Shown: positions 17,880-32,542, counted from the stretch's first letter. The stretch is 64,000 nt of DNA from an uncultured Ruminococcus sp. (GCA_964629925.1 CAZVSQ010000001.1:6610-70609), one strand, 5' to 3'. The notes: generated by a model from the letters alone, not told the origin. Translations and numbers: made by a program.

Positions 17880-19400
17880 ATGAATACTTTTATGAATACA
17901 CTTAAGGATAACACAAACTTTAAGTATACAGAAAAGGGCGACATTACACATAAGACTTCAAAGTCAGATGTGCTTGATATGTTTGCTTTGGGCGGCAGCT
18001 ATCGTGAAAGAGGCGATAATGATGTCATTCTTTTGTTCAAGAACGCTTATGAAGAGAATCCTGAGTTGGCTTTAAAGTGTCTTTTTTATCTTCGTGATAT
18101 TTTAGAAGGACAAGGAGAAAGACGTTTCTTCCGAGTAGCTTTCAAGTGGCTTTGTGAAAAGCACATTGAGTCAGCAAAGAAGAACCTCATTAATGTCTCA
18201 GAGTACGGCAGATGGGATGACCTTATCTATGTCGCAGTTAACACTCCCCTTCAGAATGAGGCTTTCGCTATAATCAAGCATCAGCTTGCTCTTGATGTAC
18301 AGTGTAAAACTCCATCCTTGCTTGCAAAGTGGCTGCCTTCACAAAATGCATCAAACAGCGAAACAAAGCGACTCGGACACATCTTGGCAAATTATCTGAA
18401 AATGACAAATAAGCAGTACCGCAAGACTTTGTCTATCCTAAGAGAGCGGATTAAAGTCGTAGAACGTCTTATGAGTGCCAATCGTTGGGAGGAAATCGAG
18501 TTTTCAAAGATTCCTTCAAAAGCAGGTTTGATATATAAGAACGCCTTTGCGAGACGAGATATTCTTGCAAAAAAATATGAAACTTTTGCTAAGGATGCAA
18601 CTACTAAGGTTAATGCCGAGGCTCTTTATCCACAGGAGATTGCTGAAAGAATTTTTAATAGCTGCGGCTATGGTAGCTGGAGCAAAAGAACAATTCTTTC
18701 AGAAACAGATAGACTAATGCTCCAGAAGTATTGGGACAATCTGAAAGATTTCTACAATGGAAGAGAAGAGAATGGAATTGCCATAGTTGATGTATCAGGC
18801 TCAATGATAGGTACTCCTATGAACGCCGCAGTTTCTCTTGGGGCTTACATCGCAGAGAAGGCTCACGGTCCTTTTGCTAATCACTTTATTACTTTTTCAA
18901 ATCGTCCTCAGCTGGTAAAATTTGAAGGAGTCGATATTGTTGATAAGTTTATTAGATGTTCTAATGCCGACTGGGGTGGAACAACTAATCTTAAGGCAGT
19001 TTTTGACCTTCTTCTAAAAACCGCAAAGAACCAGAACACTCGTGTTGAAGATATGCCAACTCGTCTTTATATCTTCTCAGATATGGAGTTTGATAGTTGT
19101 GTATTTTTTGGCGGTGAAAATAGCTGGGGATATTACAAGATGACTTCTGAAAACTCTATCCAAACTGGTCTTGAGTCAATCAGGGAAAAGTGGGCAAGAG
19201 AAGGCTACAAACTTCCTCAGGTTATCTTCTGGAATCTGAACGCGCGCAATAACAATATTCCTGCCATTGGTGAGGGATTTAGCTATGTCTCTGGTTTTTC
19301 GCCAACTCTTGTAGAAACAATTCTTAGTGGGCGAGATGGATATGATTTAATGATCTCTAAACTGGTTGAATCTGGAAGATATGATCAAATCACTGCATAA
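17880..19400 (+). CDS. DUF2828-family (TROVE/Ro60-related) helical protein with vWA domain
   Basis: LRDILEGQGERRFF, YGRWDDL, AKWLPS, MIDAS DVSGSM, SDMEFD, IFWNL; RBS before ATG 17880. Confidence 0.8.
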   Translation: MNTFMNTLKDNTNFKYTEKGDITHKTSKSDVLDMFALGGSYRERGDNDVILLFKNAYEENPELALKCLFYLRDILEGQGERRFFRVAFKWLCEKHIESAKKNLINVSEYGRWDDLIYVAVNTPLQNEAFAIIKHQLALDVQCKTPSLLAKWLPSQNASNSETKRLGHILANYLKMTNKQYRKTLSILRERIKVVERLMSANRWEEIEFSKIPSKAGLIYKNAFARRDILAKKYETFAKDATTKVNAEALYPQEIAERIFNSCGYGSWSKRTILSETDRLMLQKYWDNLKDFYNGREENGIAIVDVSGSMIGTPMNAAVSLGAYIAEKAHGPFANHFITFSNRPQLVKFEGVDIVDKFIRCSNADWGGTTNLKAVFDLLLKTAKNQNTRVEDMPTRLYIFSDMEFDSCVFFGGENSWGYYKMTSENSIQTGLESIREKWAREGYKLPQVIFWNLNARNNNIPAIGEGFSYVSGFSPTLVETILSGRDGYDLMISKLVESGRYDQITA

Positions 19401-19485
19401 TTGAAATAAATATTTTGGGCAAGTTTAAATAATTTACTTGCCCAAAATTTTATTTTATATAAGATAAAAAAAGGAGATTTTAATT

Positions 19486-20658
19486 ATGCAAAACATTGAA
19501 AAATTACCTTCATTAGAAATAAAACCAGGAATGAAAGATTTAACAAATTGTCGTCAAGGAAAAATAACTTTTTTAAAACCATCGCAAAGAAAAAATGGAC
19601 GAATATATTGGTGGACAATTTGTGATTGCGGAAATATTCAAGAGTTAAGAGCAGATACAAAAAGTCAAAGTTGTAAAAACTGTCGATATAAAGAGCAGAC
19701 TAAAAAAACGATTGGAAAACCAAAAAAAGATTTAATAAATCAAAAATTTGGAAAATTAATGGTATTATATCCAACTCAGGATAACAATGGACGTTTAATG
19801 TGGCATTGTAAATGCGATTGCGGAAAAGAATGTGATGTTTCTACTACTAATCTAACGACAGGACATACTAAAAGTTGTGGTTGTTTACGTAAAGAAGAAG
19901 CTCATAAAACAGGATTAAAAAATTTAATTGATTTAACAGGACAAACATTTGGATATTTAACAGTTTTAAAAGATTCAAAAGAGCGTAGAGGGAAAGGCGT
20001 CTTATGGGAATGTCAATGTGTCTGTGGAAAAATTGTTAAAGTCGCTACAAATGATTTAAAAAGAGGATCAACAAGATCATGTGGATGTAAAAAACAAGAG
20101 TTAAATGCTCAAACTCGTATAAATAAAATGATTGGGCAGAAATTTGGAAAATTAACCGTGCTTGCGTGGGATGAAACAAAAAATATAGATAATTCATATA
20201 ATTATATATGCAAATGTGAATGTGGAAATTTAAAAATAGCAAATGGAGTTGACTTAAGAAATGGTTCTGTTGCTTCTTGTGGTTGTCTTACAAAATCATT
20301 AGGAGAACAAAATATTAGAAAAATTCTACAAGAAAATAATATTCCTTTTGAGTCTGAAAAAACTTTTAATGACTGTATTTTTCCAGATACTAAAAAAGCA
20401 GCTAGATATGATTTCTATATTAATAACAGATTAATTGAGTATGATGGTCGTCAACATTTTGAAGGTTGGCGATGGGGTGGAAACAGTATTTAGGATCAGC
20501 TAGATAGTCTAAATAAAATTAGATAGCATGATTAGTTTAAAAATGAATATGCATTAGAACATAATATTCCACTCGTTCGTATTCCATATACAGAACGAGA
20601 TAATATTACATTAGATATGCTATTGGGCGATCAATATCTTGTGAAAGGAGATGCGTAA
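19486..20658 (+). CDS. free-standing homing endonuclease (Cys-rich repeats plus DUF559/Vsr-like domain; 3 TAG)
   Basis: FGKL.V...W.C.CDCG...SCGC repeats, LIEYDGRQH, RIPY; ends at TAA 20656-20658. Confidence 0.8.
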
Positions 20659-20889
20659 GCATCTCCTTTTTTTTTATATATGGAAAAAATTCTTAGAACC
20701 TGATGAAGAGATTTCTGAAACTGCTCGGCGCGCAGACGCCCGCATCTTGAATTCAAAAATTGGCTTTGGATTTTTTATTTTTGAAATTTTATATATAAGT
20801 ATATTGGACAAAAGTAGAAAGATAATATATCTCTTTTTTTATTATATATAGTGATGAAAACATATATTTTCTAAAGGAGGTTTTTATTT

Positions 20890-21363
20890 ATGTTAGAATT
20901 ACTTTAGCATTACTCCATTTCAGAAATCTTTTTATTTATTATTCTTTTAGCTCTTGCTTTTAAGGGTGTAGTTTCTTTTTTTGAATGGTTTGAAGAAAGA
21001 ATAAAAAAGGCTTTTAATATAAAATTTGGAAAAATGTCCGAAAAAGAAAAGATAAATAAAAGAATTGAGAATGGAGAAAATTTTATGACTTAGCTTAGAG
21101 AGCATCAAAAGCATAATGATGAAGCATTACAAGACCTCTCTAAGAAAATAGATATGCTTGTTGAGTCAGATAGAGATGATATTAAGGCATATATAACAAA
21201 AGAACATCATAAGTTTTGTTATGATAGAGGTTGGATTGATGACTTTAGTCTTGATTGTTTAGAAAAACGATTTAAGCATTATGCGGATGAAGGCGGAAAT
21301 TCATTCATATGTAGTTTTATGTAGGAATTAAGAGCATTACCAAAGCGTCCTCCGCAATCTTAA
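20890..21363 (+). CDS. membrane-anchored holin-like phage protein (3 TAG)
   Basis: N-terminal TM helix; Y...GGNS motif. Confidence 0.6.
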
Positions 21364-21392
21364 AATAAATAAGAGAAAAAGGAGAGAAAAAA

Positions 21393-24300
21393 ATGGCGTT
21401 TTCATATGATTTTTTACCTCCAATTGTCCCAAATATATTGCCAGCCTTTACGGGCAATACTGCAAAATTGTATTTTACTTTAAGTCAAAATTCAAATAAT
21501 AGTTTAATTAAAGAAATACAATATAAAATTATTGCACAGGACAATGGAGCAAAAATTTTTAACACAAATAATAATTCTATCTCATCTACACAATTTCATT
21601 AGTGTCAAGATGAAGAGGATTTACTTTATGGAGATCATTATATTTTAATAGACTGTTCTCAATTAAAATATGATACATTTTATAAAGTTCAATTTAGATT
21701 TTCTAAAACAAGTACACAGACCTCTATTGTTGATTTAAATAATTATTCTGAATATTCATCTATTTGTTTAATAAAAAGAATATATGAACCTTAGATATAG
21801 ATTTATAAATTTTCAAATTTAAATAAAAATTCCTCTGCAACAAAACAAATAACTCAATTACCTAATCCTATTACTGGAAAAATGACATATCTTGGGTCAA
21901 AAAGTGAATTATTAAAAAATATTAAATTTACTATTATTGAAAATGATACAGATAAAATAATAGAAAATTCTGATTATATATATGCAAATGATAATAATTT
22001 TTCTTATACCTATAAAAATAATTTAATAGATGGGGTAAAATATAATTTAATTGTAAATTATATTACTACTTCTGGATATAAAGGAGCAAAAACTTTTTCT
22101 TTTATCCAACTTTCTACTGGTCTTTCTAATAATCCAGCAGAATTATATTTAACCCCTAATTATGAGATAGGTACATTAGATTTAAAAATTTATATTGCTA
22201 AATATAAACATTATCAAGGTAATTTTGTTATTAGAAGGACTTCTGCGGAAAGCGAATATAAAATTTGGGAAGATGTAAAAATTATTCAATTTATCTCAAA
22301 TGGCAATAATAAAAATACAGTTGAAGAAACATTGGATGAAATAACTTATGATACTTTTACTTGGTCAGATAGAACGATTGAAAGTGGAATGTATTATAAA
22401 TATGGACTTGCTCCTTTGCAAGCTAATGGATGGAGAGGAAATTTTATATTTACTCAAAATAGTGAAATGTGTATTTTTGATGATATATTTTTAATGTCTA
22501 ATAACAAACAATTAAGAGTACGTTATAATCCCACTATTTCAAATTTTAAATATAATGTTACTGAAAGTGTTCACACCACTTTAGGAGAAAAATATCCATA
22601 TGTAAAAAGAAATGGTCATAATTATTATAGAACATTCTCTATTGGAGGTTTAATTACCACTTATATGGATACAACTACAGAATCAATGGTAAATATGAAA
22701 CAGATTTCTTTAGGATTAGATAATAGAATATCTACATAGTTCACTCCACCTCATAAAACTTTATTTGGAGATTTTAATGCTGATGAAAAATCTGAGGAAT
22801 TAAAAGAATTTACTTCTAAAGATTAGCTTTTTAATTTTGATAAAAGTTTTGAAAATGAACAAAGTCCAAAAAATAAAATAGAAATTTATAATAAAGAAAA
22901 TGATATTGACCATTATGAAGATGTTGTTTATTAGCGAGAATTTAGAGAAAAAGTTTATGATTTTTTATATGAAAATACAGTAAAATTATTTCGTTCTAAT
23001 ACAGAAGGAAATATTTTAATTAAATTAACTGATATTACTTTTTCTCCTATGGACCAGTTAGGAAGACAATTATATAGTTTTTCCGCAGAAGCAGTAGAAA
23101 TTGCTGAATATTCTATATATAACTGTGATAAATATAATATTCAAAATATTGGAGAATATAAATCTATTGTTACTTTAGAATAGGTTCCAGGGCAATTTAT
23201 AAAAACTTATTCAAAAGGTATAGAAACTGCTAATATTTTTGAAGATATTATAAAAAAATTTAAAAAAGATTGGAAATATTCATATATTAATTAGGTTAAA
23301 AGCAAATATTCTCCTCCGCAATTAAATCAATATTACAGTATTTCAATTCCTTATTTAACTAAATTAAGAATTGAAATATCTTCTCCTCCTTATCCTATTG
23401 TTTTTACTGAAAATGGGTATACTTATATGGATGCTAATTCTACAACTTCATTCGCTATTTTAGGTTATATTATGAAATTAAATAATAATACAATAATTAT
23501 TAAAGGAAATCAACAAAGAAGATATACTAACAAAATAGCAGAAAATGAAGAATATGATGGATTAACATAGTCATTAAAAAATATGACTTATAATAGTGTA
23601 TATGAAATTTATGATAAAGAAATATGTGTTGGAGAATTAAATAAACAATAGGCATTAACTTTTATTTCTCCACCTGGTTTACCTTTAACTGTTCAAGTTG
23701 ATTATGTTGCTCATATTGAAGCAACTTTGGTTGAACCTTCTCCAATCGCCGCAGAATATTTTAAAAATCAAGGTCAGCTATGGGGAACATTTAATCCAAA
23801 TCAAAAATTAATATAGGAAATACAAAAGAAAACCTATAACTATTATTAGAATAAAGAATCTGTTAAAGCCACTGATAATAATAAAAATAAAACAACTCAA
23901 ATTCAAAAAGAAATTGATACTTATAGATATCTACAACAAATTACTGCTATTAATTTTGATACTATTCCAAATGCAGTTATTTATTTAAATACTACTAATC
24001 ATATGGAAACTGTCGGAAATAATTTAATTACAAATTATAGTAGGCATATTGCGGCAAATGGTTTTATTAATTTTAATAGTAATAATGTTATTATTAAAGA
24101 TTGTTATTTTCATGGTATTCATTTAGTCCCCCCAGTAGGGAATAGAGACCCTCGTGACGATGAATATAAAATAGATAATTCAAATATTGTTTATAATACT
24201 ATTGATGAGATTTCAAATCCTAAAAATAATTATGTTTATAATGTTATGAGTTTTGAATTAATAACTAATCAACATGATACTACAATAGAAATAGAACCAT

Positions 24301-24485
24301 CATCATATTAGGCAGAAGAAACTTTAATATTATAGCCTGCATTAAGATATTATATTTATTATCATAGTAAATGGTATTTATTTGATAATGACAATCAAGA
24401 TGTTTTATGTCCTGTTGATGCCATTATAAATTATGTTTATGATGGAGCAGTAGTACAATATCAAAATATAGACATAGAGAGGTGA
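21393..24485 (+). CDS. large virion structural protein (~1030 aa, many TAG)
   Basis: ORFs 21393, 21882 and 24003 share one frame, interrupted only by TAG where checked; ends at TGA. Confidence 0.7.
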
Positions 24486-24490
24486 GATAA

Positions 24491-27400
24491 TTGCATATTT
24501 ATCCATATTTAAATGATAAAGAATTTTTAAAACAATTTGATAAATCTAAACTTAAAGAATAGTTTATTAAAATTGAAGTTTTAGATTGGAAAGAAAATGT
24601 TATAGCAGATATATCTGGAAGAGTTTTAAACGGAAATATTAATTTAAATGGAGATTCCGCAATGCGTAGAACTGCTAATGTATCAATATTGGCAGATGAT
24701 ATAGAAAACGATTTAACAAATATAAATAATTTATTATCTATCAATAAAAAAATTCAATTATTAATTGGTTTTACAAATACTTTTAATAAATATTTAGAAT
24801 ATCCTATATTATGGTTCCCACAAGGCATATATGTAATTATTTCTCCTAATATATCTCATGGGAGCGATGGAACCACAATTTCATTAACGTTGCACGATAA
24901 AATGGCATTATTAAATGGAGAATGCGGGGGCACCCTTCCAGCCTCAATTTCTTTTCATGAGATAGAAAAAGAAGATAGGTATGGAAATATTACCATTGAC
25001 CATCCTACCATTAAACAAATTTTAATAGAATTACTAAATCATTGGGGCGGATAGCAATTAGGGAAAATTATTATAAATGATTTAGATGAAGAAATTCCTC
25101 AAGTTCTTAGATGGAATGGAGACACCCCTCTTTATGTTTATAAAAATATATATTCAGAAAACAAGGGCAAAATTTTAGAAGAAATTTTAAGAACTGCATA
25201 TAATAATATTGAAATGGATAACAAACCTTCATATTCAGTTTTTTTACAAGAATTAAATAAAACTTATCCAAGTCAAGCAGAAATAAGTAATCTTAAAAAT
25301 ATTATTTATAATTTAGAAAACGCTTTAAAAAATTCAAATACTATTTTAAGTAATATTGAAAAAAGAAAAGAATATCTTAATTCTTGTAAAGAAGAATATG
25401 AAAAAAGATATCGTTATACTCCAAATTAGCTAAGAGATGCTATTAATTAGATGAGCAATTTTATAATTAAATTTAGAAAATTTAATATAGATGACCCTTT
25501 AGTTCAAATTAAAAATAAATATGCCACATCTATTGCAAAATTTGATTGGGTCAATTTAAAACGAAGAGAATGTTATCAATATCAAACTTCTACATTAATG
25601 AATGTAGGTACTTTAGAAAATGCTTGTAATAGAACTTATCTTAATCAAATTTTGGCATAGTCAAAAAATTTAAAAACTATTCTTACAAGAGTTAAGAATA
25701 AAATTGGAAAAACTATAAAATATAAATTATTTAAAACTGATACTAATTACAGAGAAACTAAATTAACGTGCGATATGGCTTTAGCTTTTGTATTTGGAGA
25801 TGAACAAATTAATGGAAAATATCAAATAATAGATAGTAACCCTTCCAGAAATGTTGTTACAAAAGACCGCAAAGTGTATTTTACTTCTTATAAAAATAAA
25901 AATGAATTACATTACCATTTATTTTAGTCACATAGAAATTTACCTGCAATAAATTTAGCAGTATTTGAATGTGATTCATCTGATGATGCAGAAAGAACAA
26001 GGTTAATACATTATACTTTCTTTAGAGAATTTAGAAATTTATTAGCAAAAATTAATGAAAATAAAATGCCAAATATAAAAACTGCTTTATCTTCTTGGAG
26101 AAGCGGCGGTGGCGATCTTGCAACTTATATTTCTGCATATTCAAGCCAAACTAATGATCAAGCCATTTTAGTTATAGAACATATGATTGAAATTTGTGAT
26201 ATCATTACTCAACAAACTGAAATTATATTAGAAGCGTATAATGAAGTAGCAGAAGAATATAAAAATTTATATAAAAATATATTTTCTAAATCTTTTGAAT
26301 ATAATAATGAATACTATACATTTGATGAAGGAGTTAAAGAAATTGTTGATAAATGGAAAATAATTATAAATAATTTGCCTCGAGATTATACAATTAAATA
26401 CTATAAAGACCAATATTATACAGAAGCAATTACTGTTAGTCTCAAATAGTATGGACAATCCATCTGTTTTTCAACGGATTAGAGTAATTTTTATCATCTT
26501 GAAAAAAGTATTCAACAATTTAAAGAAGATATAATGAATATAGATACATATAATCTAAAAGTAAAAACTTCTTCTATAAATTCTTTTTCATATCTTTCAT
26601 TCGGAGATTATATAAGTCAACGCACTGGTATATTATATAGGTTATTTGCCGAAGAAGATGATAAAGATGAATATTATTACTTATTAACATAGGCAGATAA
26701 ACGAATAAGAAACAATAATCCAGATTTTATAAATTATCATAAAGAATTAAAAGATAAAATTGAAAATATTAATAAACAATTAGAAGAATGTGACAAATCT
26801 TATAATCAAATTCCATTAATGTGCTATATAGCAATGCATTAGTGGTGCAAAAAAGACTTACCAAATTATGAAAAGAAAATATCATAGTCTTATTTAGATA
26901 CACAAAAGAAAATTCAAGAAGACCATTTAAAAGATTTAGCATTGTCCACTTAGAATTATTATACAAAAATATGTAACGATACAGAAAATATTATGAAAAA
27001 TTTAAAACATATTCCAATCACTGCCTCGCTTTCTACAATTTCTTCAAACATTGCGGCATCTGCACGAACCCCTTATATTGCAGAATCTTAGGCTATTACT
27101 GAACAATTATTGAAAAAAAGAAAAGAAGAATTAACTTCTTATTCCTATGTAGAAAAAATTAAAGATTTTAATGAAAATAATAAGGTTTTAACTTCTACTA
27201 TTGATGACTTAATTAAAGATTATAATACTGAAAAATTAACTTTAATTGCAATTTCAGACATTTAGCAATAGCTTAATAATAGAAAAAGTATGCTAAATGA
27301 TTTAATTTAGGATTTAACTAAAACTATTTCTGAATTAATTGAAAAATCATTAATAAATGAAAAAGTATTTTCTGCAATATTTTTAAAACTTTGTTATGAA

Positions 27401-29206
27401 AAATCATCAAATTATAAATAGGTTTATAAAGGAAAAACTTTTGACCAGTTATCCAGTGCAGTACGGAATAATTTTAAAAAATCTTTATCTCCAGATTATA
27501 ATAATAAAATTTGGTTAAAATTTTATAATAAATTAAAATAGGGAATAAATCAAATAATTACCTATTAGTCTGGGGCAGATATAGGCTATACTTTAACTAC
27601 TTTTACTTATCCTGGAGAATTAGTTGCAAGTCCTGGAGATACCGTAGCATCTGTATTAGATAAAATTCAAAAAACTTTAGGTAATTTTGAATATTATTAT
27701 GATATAAATGGGAATTTTATTTTTCAATAGATTCGTAATTATTTAAATACTTCTTACGCATCTTTTGTATTAAAAGATAATAATAAAAGTTCTCCAGATT
27801 ATTCTGCTGATTATGTAAATGGAAAAACTGTATATAATTTTTCTGATGGAGATATTATTCAATCTTATACTAATACCCCAAGATATGAACAAATAAAAAA
27901 TGATTTTATAGTTTGGGGAGAACGAACAACTACAACAGGATTAAAGCTTCCAATTCGATATCATTTAGCTTTAGATACTCGTCCCGCAGTAGAAAGTATT
28001 TATTTTTTTGATGTTCCAGCATCAGTATCATTAAGTTTATATAATAATAAAAATGATTTTCCATTCACAGGACAAGCAAATACAGTTTATTATGCTGCGG
28101 AAACAAATTTATTTTATGAATGGGTTAATCAAAAATCTTATGCAGAATATCTTGTAAAACAAGATTTAATATCTACACAAAGTCTTCAATATACAAATAA
28201 AAATAATTTTCCAAAAATTGGTTAGCCAAATAAATTATATTATGACCAATCTTCTGGTTTATTATATAAATGTACAGTAGGAATTAGTAATGAATATGAT
28301 ACATATAAAATTACTAATACTTATCGTATTTTAAAATGTTCTCAAAATTCTAAAAATTTTGAAGGAAAATATGAATATGACCCTAAATATAAAAGAATTT
28401 TTAGATATACAAAAAATAATCAAGGTTTTACAAAAACTATGACAAATTTTACACCTATCTTTGCTAATGACTTTAGAACTGAATTATATTTATAGGGAAT
28501 TATGGGAGAAATATAGGGAATATCAACAAATGATTATTATACATAGTTAAAAAATGAATGGCCTAAATTATTTCATCTTTATTTAGGTAAATACTATGAT
28601 AATGTATTAGACAATCAAAGCGGAATTGATTATTTTCTGGATATATTAAGTGACACCCATATGGCGGCAGATTATGGAATTTCAAATATTGGAAAAAGAA
28701 CTCATATAATTTCAAATAATGCAATTAATTGTATTTTTGAGCCAAATTGCCCAACTTATGTTATTTTAGATAAAAATCCTGAAGAAGCCTTAAATAAAGC
28801 AGATTTTGATTTTATTGAAGAAGATTATTTACTTGCAAAAGAATAGCTTTTACAATAGAAAAAACAAATAAAATAGTGGTGTCAACAAAGATTAAAAGAA
28901 GGAAAAGAAGACCAAACTGATTGGATATAGATAGAACACTCATCCTATGAAAAAATTGTTATAGGTGGAATATTAAGATCCGCATATGAAGAAATTAGAG
29001 GAGAATTATATCAATATATTACTTATAATGAACAAGTTTCTCTAACGACACTTCCAATTTATTATTTAGAGCCAAATGTTCGCATTGCAATAAAAGACTC
29101 TTTATCTGGAATAAATGGAGATTTTATTATACATAGTTTATCTATTCCATTAGATGTTAATGGAACTATGAGCATTTCTTGTTCAAAAGCAATAGAAAGA
29201 ATATAA
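24491..29206 (+). CDS. baseplate hub or tail-tip-like protein (DUF5048-like, ~1570 aa, many TAG)
   Basis: ORFs 24662, 25214, 25451, 26066 and 28661 are in one frame; MRRTAN, FPQGIYVI, LGNFEYYYDING, IYYLEPN. Confidence 0.7.
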
Positions 29207-29224
29207 TAGAAAGGAGCTTTTTAA

Positions 29225-29878
29225 TTGTCAGCATTTAAACAATATTCTACAATCTGCACATCTGAAAATAAAGCATCTTTTTTTGGAAGTTCACTTGCTC
29301 AGCCTATTGAAACAAAAACTCATCCTTTATTATAGGGAACAAGTATAGAAACTTCTGACCCACAAATGACATTTGGAAATTATCAAGATAACAGTACATT
29401 TTATTTAAAATTTAAAATTCAAAATGAGTCTAATAATACAGCAGATATTAATTTAAAATTAATTTTATCTGAAGCTGCATCAAATTCATAGGGTCAAATA
29501 ATAAAAACTTTTACGTTACCATCTCATAATAATACTCAAACTCATGATTTAATTTTTACTTCTTATAATAATTTTATAGGAATTAGATGGGAACAGGTAG
29601 TAATATTAGAAAATTTACAAAATAATTCATTATCTAATTATTCTATTTTTGATGTTGAACTTTATAAATTAGCAAAAATATTACCAATAGGAAATACAAA
29701 AATTACAAAACTTGGTATTCAAGCTCCTCCATCTGCGCAAGTAGCAATTAATGGATAGCCAATTAGAATTGGTAGAAATGGAATTTTTGAATTAATATAG
29801 AGTATTGATATTAGTTCAATTCATATCGCTCCAAAAATTGGAGAAGCTTTTTTAATAGATTATAAATAGGAAGATTAA
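29225..29878 (+). CDS. structural hypothetical protein (several TAG)
   Basis: RBS and TTG; KLGIQ...ING*PIRIGRNGIFEL. Confidence 0.65.
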
Positions 29879-29891
29879 AAGGAGGATTTTT

Positions 29892-32216
29892 ATGGATTCA
29901 TTCTATGGCGGACGCCCAGGCGCCTCTTTTATAATTACAAAAACTTATCCATCAGTACAAGATATGATAAATGATTTTCAAACTGGTGCAGATTGTACAG
30001 ATGTTCATTTTGATGAATATGTTATGATTACAGTAGACCCAAATGATATTCAACATAGAGATGATAATGGAAAGATTTTCCGTAGAGGGTATGATTATTC
30101 AAATACCTTCGGAGGAGCTGAATAGATAGGTAAAATTACTGGCCCCCCAGGAGAGCTTTCTACTATTGATATTTTAAATTATGATGCTGTAACTACAGGT
30201 GCCGCAAAGGCTAATGCAGTTATTATTTCTGGATAGGGAGATATAAATGATGGTACCTTAATTCGTGGAAAGGATGAAAATGGATTCCACGATACAATAG
30301 TATGGCAATATTATGAAATTCTTGAAAATGAAAATAATAAATATACTAATCATGTAAAATTAGGATTTAAAATTCCTTGTCCTGTATTTGATTTTGATGT
30401 TAATTTTATATCTTCAGATACTCCTGGCGGAATTGAAAAGATAGAAGACGAAAATGATCCGCATTTATTTTATCATAAATGGCAATTAAATATTCCAGCG
30501 CCATTAAAAGGAGATTCAGTTGCCGCAATTGAAGTTATTAAATGCGGCCGTCCAATTAACCCACAAACTCACGAAGAAATAATGGATCAACCATTTCAAA
30601 ATATTAATGTTGATTACAGTACTTTTGAAGGTACTATTCCTGATGTTAATGAAGATGATGCTTTTAATGCTTTTTGGGAAGCAGTAGATAAAACTTCTAC
30701 TACATCAGCAAAAGACCTTTTATCATTAAAGAAAAAAACATATGATGGTTATTTTTCACAAATAATTTTAGCATATAAAGTAGATTCTTATAATCCAGAT
30801 GGTTCTGTGGCAACATCTCATTTATATTATTTAGACGATTATCCTATTGTTAAAAATATTGACATTAGCGATAATGGATTTTTAATATTTACTTTACCAG
30901 ATGGAACAACTGTCAATTCATCTTCTGCAATTGTACCAAGTATTGAAAATATTGAAGTAGACGAATATGGAAGAATGTTTTTTAGTTGGAAAAAATCAGA
31001 TGGAACTACTACAAAAACTATGTCTAATATTGAAATTCCTTGGATTGAAAATATGAAATTTGATTCATTAGGAAATTTTAAAATACAATGGAATACTATT
31101 GAAAAAGATGAAAATAATAGAGAAAAACTTAATGAAGATGGCACTTATAAAAAGAAAGAAAGTAACGTTGAAATAAATGGAGCAAAATTTATTACTAATC
31201 TTATAACAGTAGATAATGGTCTATATATGACTTATCTTGGAATTTCTGATGAAATTTGGCATTTATTACAATAGGTTAATGCTCGTACAAATGAAAGTGT
31301 TTAGTTTGATAGTTTAAATACAGAACAACTTCAACTAATTGGAGAAGAAAAATCATATTATAAAGATATTGAAAATAATATCTGGTATAAAAAAATATTT
31401 GATATTGATACTTATGTAAATAGAGCAGTTGAAAATTCTCCATTATTCAAATCCTCTTCTATATTTACTTATGGAGACTATATTGATGAATATGTTGTTG
31501 TTGATTGTGTATTTAAATGTGATGCGAATTATGCTCCAGGTAATTTTTCTCTTATAGGTAGTTTTGCATTAAGCAAACCAGTTTCAGAGACAGTTGGTAT
31601 AATTAAACCAGGATTAATAACAGCCGTTAACTTTCCTGATGCTGCCTTACAAATAAATTATAATACTGAAACAGGAACTTTTTCAGATTATGAAGATGTT
31701 AGTGGAATTGAGGATCTAAATACTTATTTTAATTATACTAATGGAATGATATTTAAAGAGGGTACTACTTATTATTCTACTGGTCATAAAGATTTACTTG
31801 AAACATTTTTAGCAAGTTTAAATCAGCAAGAAAGAAATTTAGCTATGGAACGTTTTAAATTAGAAAATATAATGTATGCCGCTTTAATGGATGAAAATGG
31901 ACAAAGATTAAGAGATTTTCAATGGGAAGAAGAACCTGAAGCATATCCTGAAACAAAAAGTGATACAACTAATTATAATTTATTTAAAGCATTGGCAACG
32001 CTTGTAAAAGGTCGCTTTTTAAATAAAGGTTTTTCTCGTAATAGTATGGGAAATTATGAATTTAAAATTACAGACTCTGTATTATCAACTATTCATTTTT
32101 TGGATAATACAAGACGTGTTCCCTCAGTATTCCGAGATAATAGTAATAGCAATAATTCTCGTAAATTACAATTTAATGTAAAAATTGGATTATCATTACA
32201 TGGAACATTACAATAA
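29892..32216 (+). CDS. structural or tail protein (several TAG)
   Basis: ORFs 29892, 30582 and 31746 in one frame; MDSFYGGRPG. Confidence 0.7.
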
Positions 32217-32233
32217 TAAGGGGGTTAATAATA

Positions 32234-32542
32234 ATGTCATTTCCAGTTGATATTAATAATCAAAAAATTACAAGTTGTTTTTTAAGCTAGCTTGGAACAG
32301 ATAATATTTAGATATCCGGACATATAATTACAAAATTAGGAATTGTATATACAGGATGTATTCCAGATAACACTACAACTTATGAATTTTTTCCTCTCCA
32401 AATTATTATTGATAATATTCCTTTCTATCTTGGAAAAACAGGTGTATTATAGTTGCAAAATTGTTCTATTCAAAATATTATATTTTTAAATACTGAAAAT
32501 ATTGAAACAAATAAATTATATATAACATATGAATGGGAATAA
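32234..32542 (+). CDS. small structural protein (2 TAG)
   Basis: ITKLGI...GKTGVL*L, similar to the C-terminus of 29225. Confidence 0.6.
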
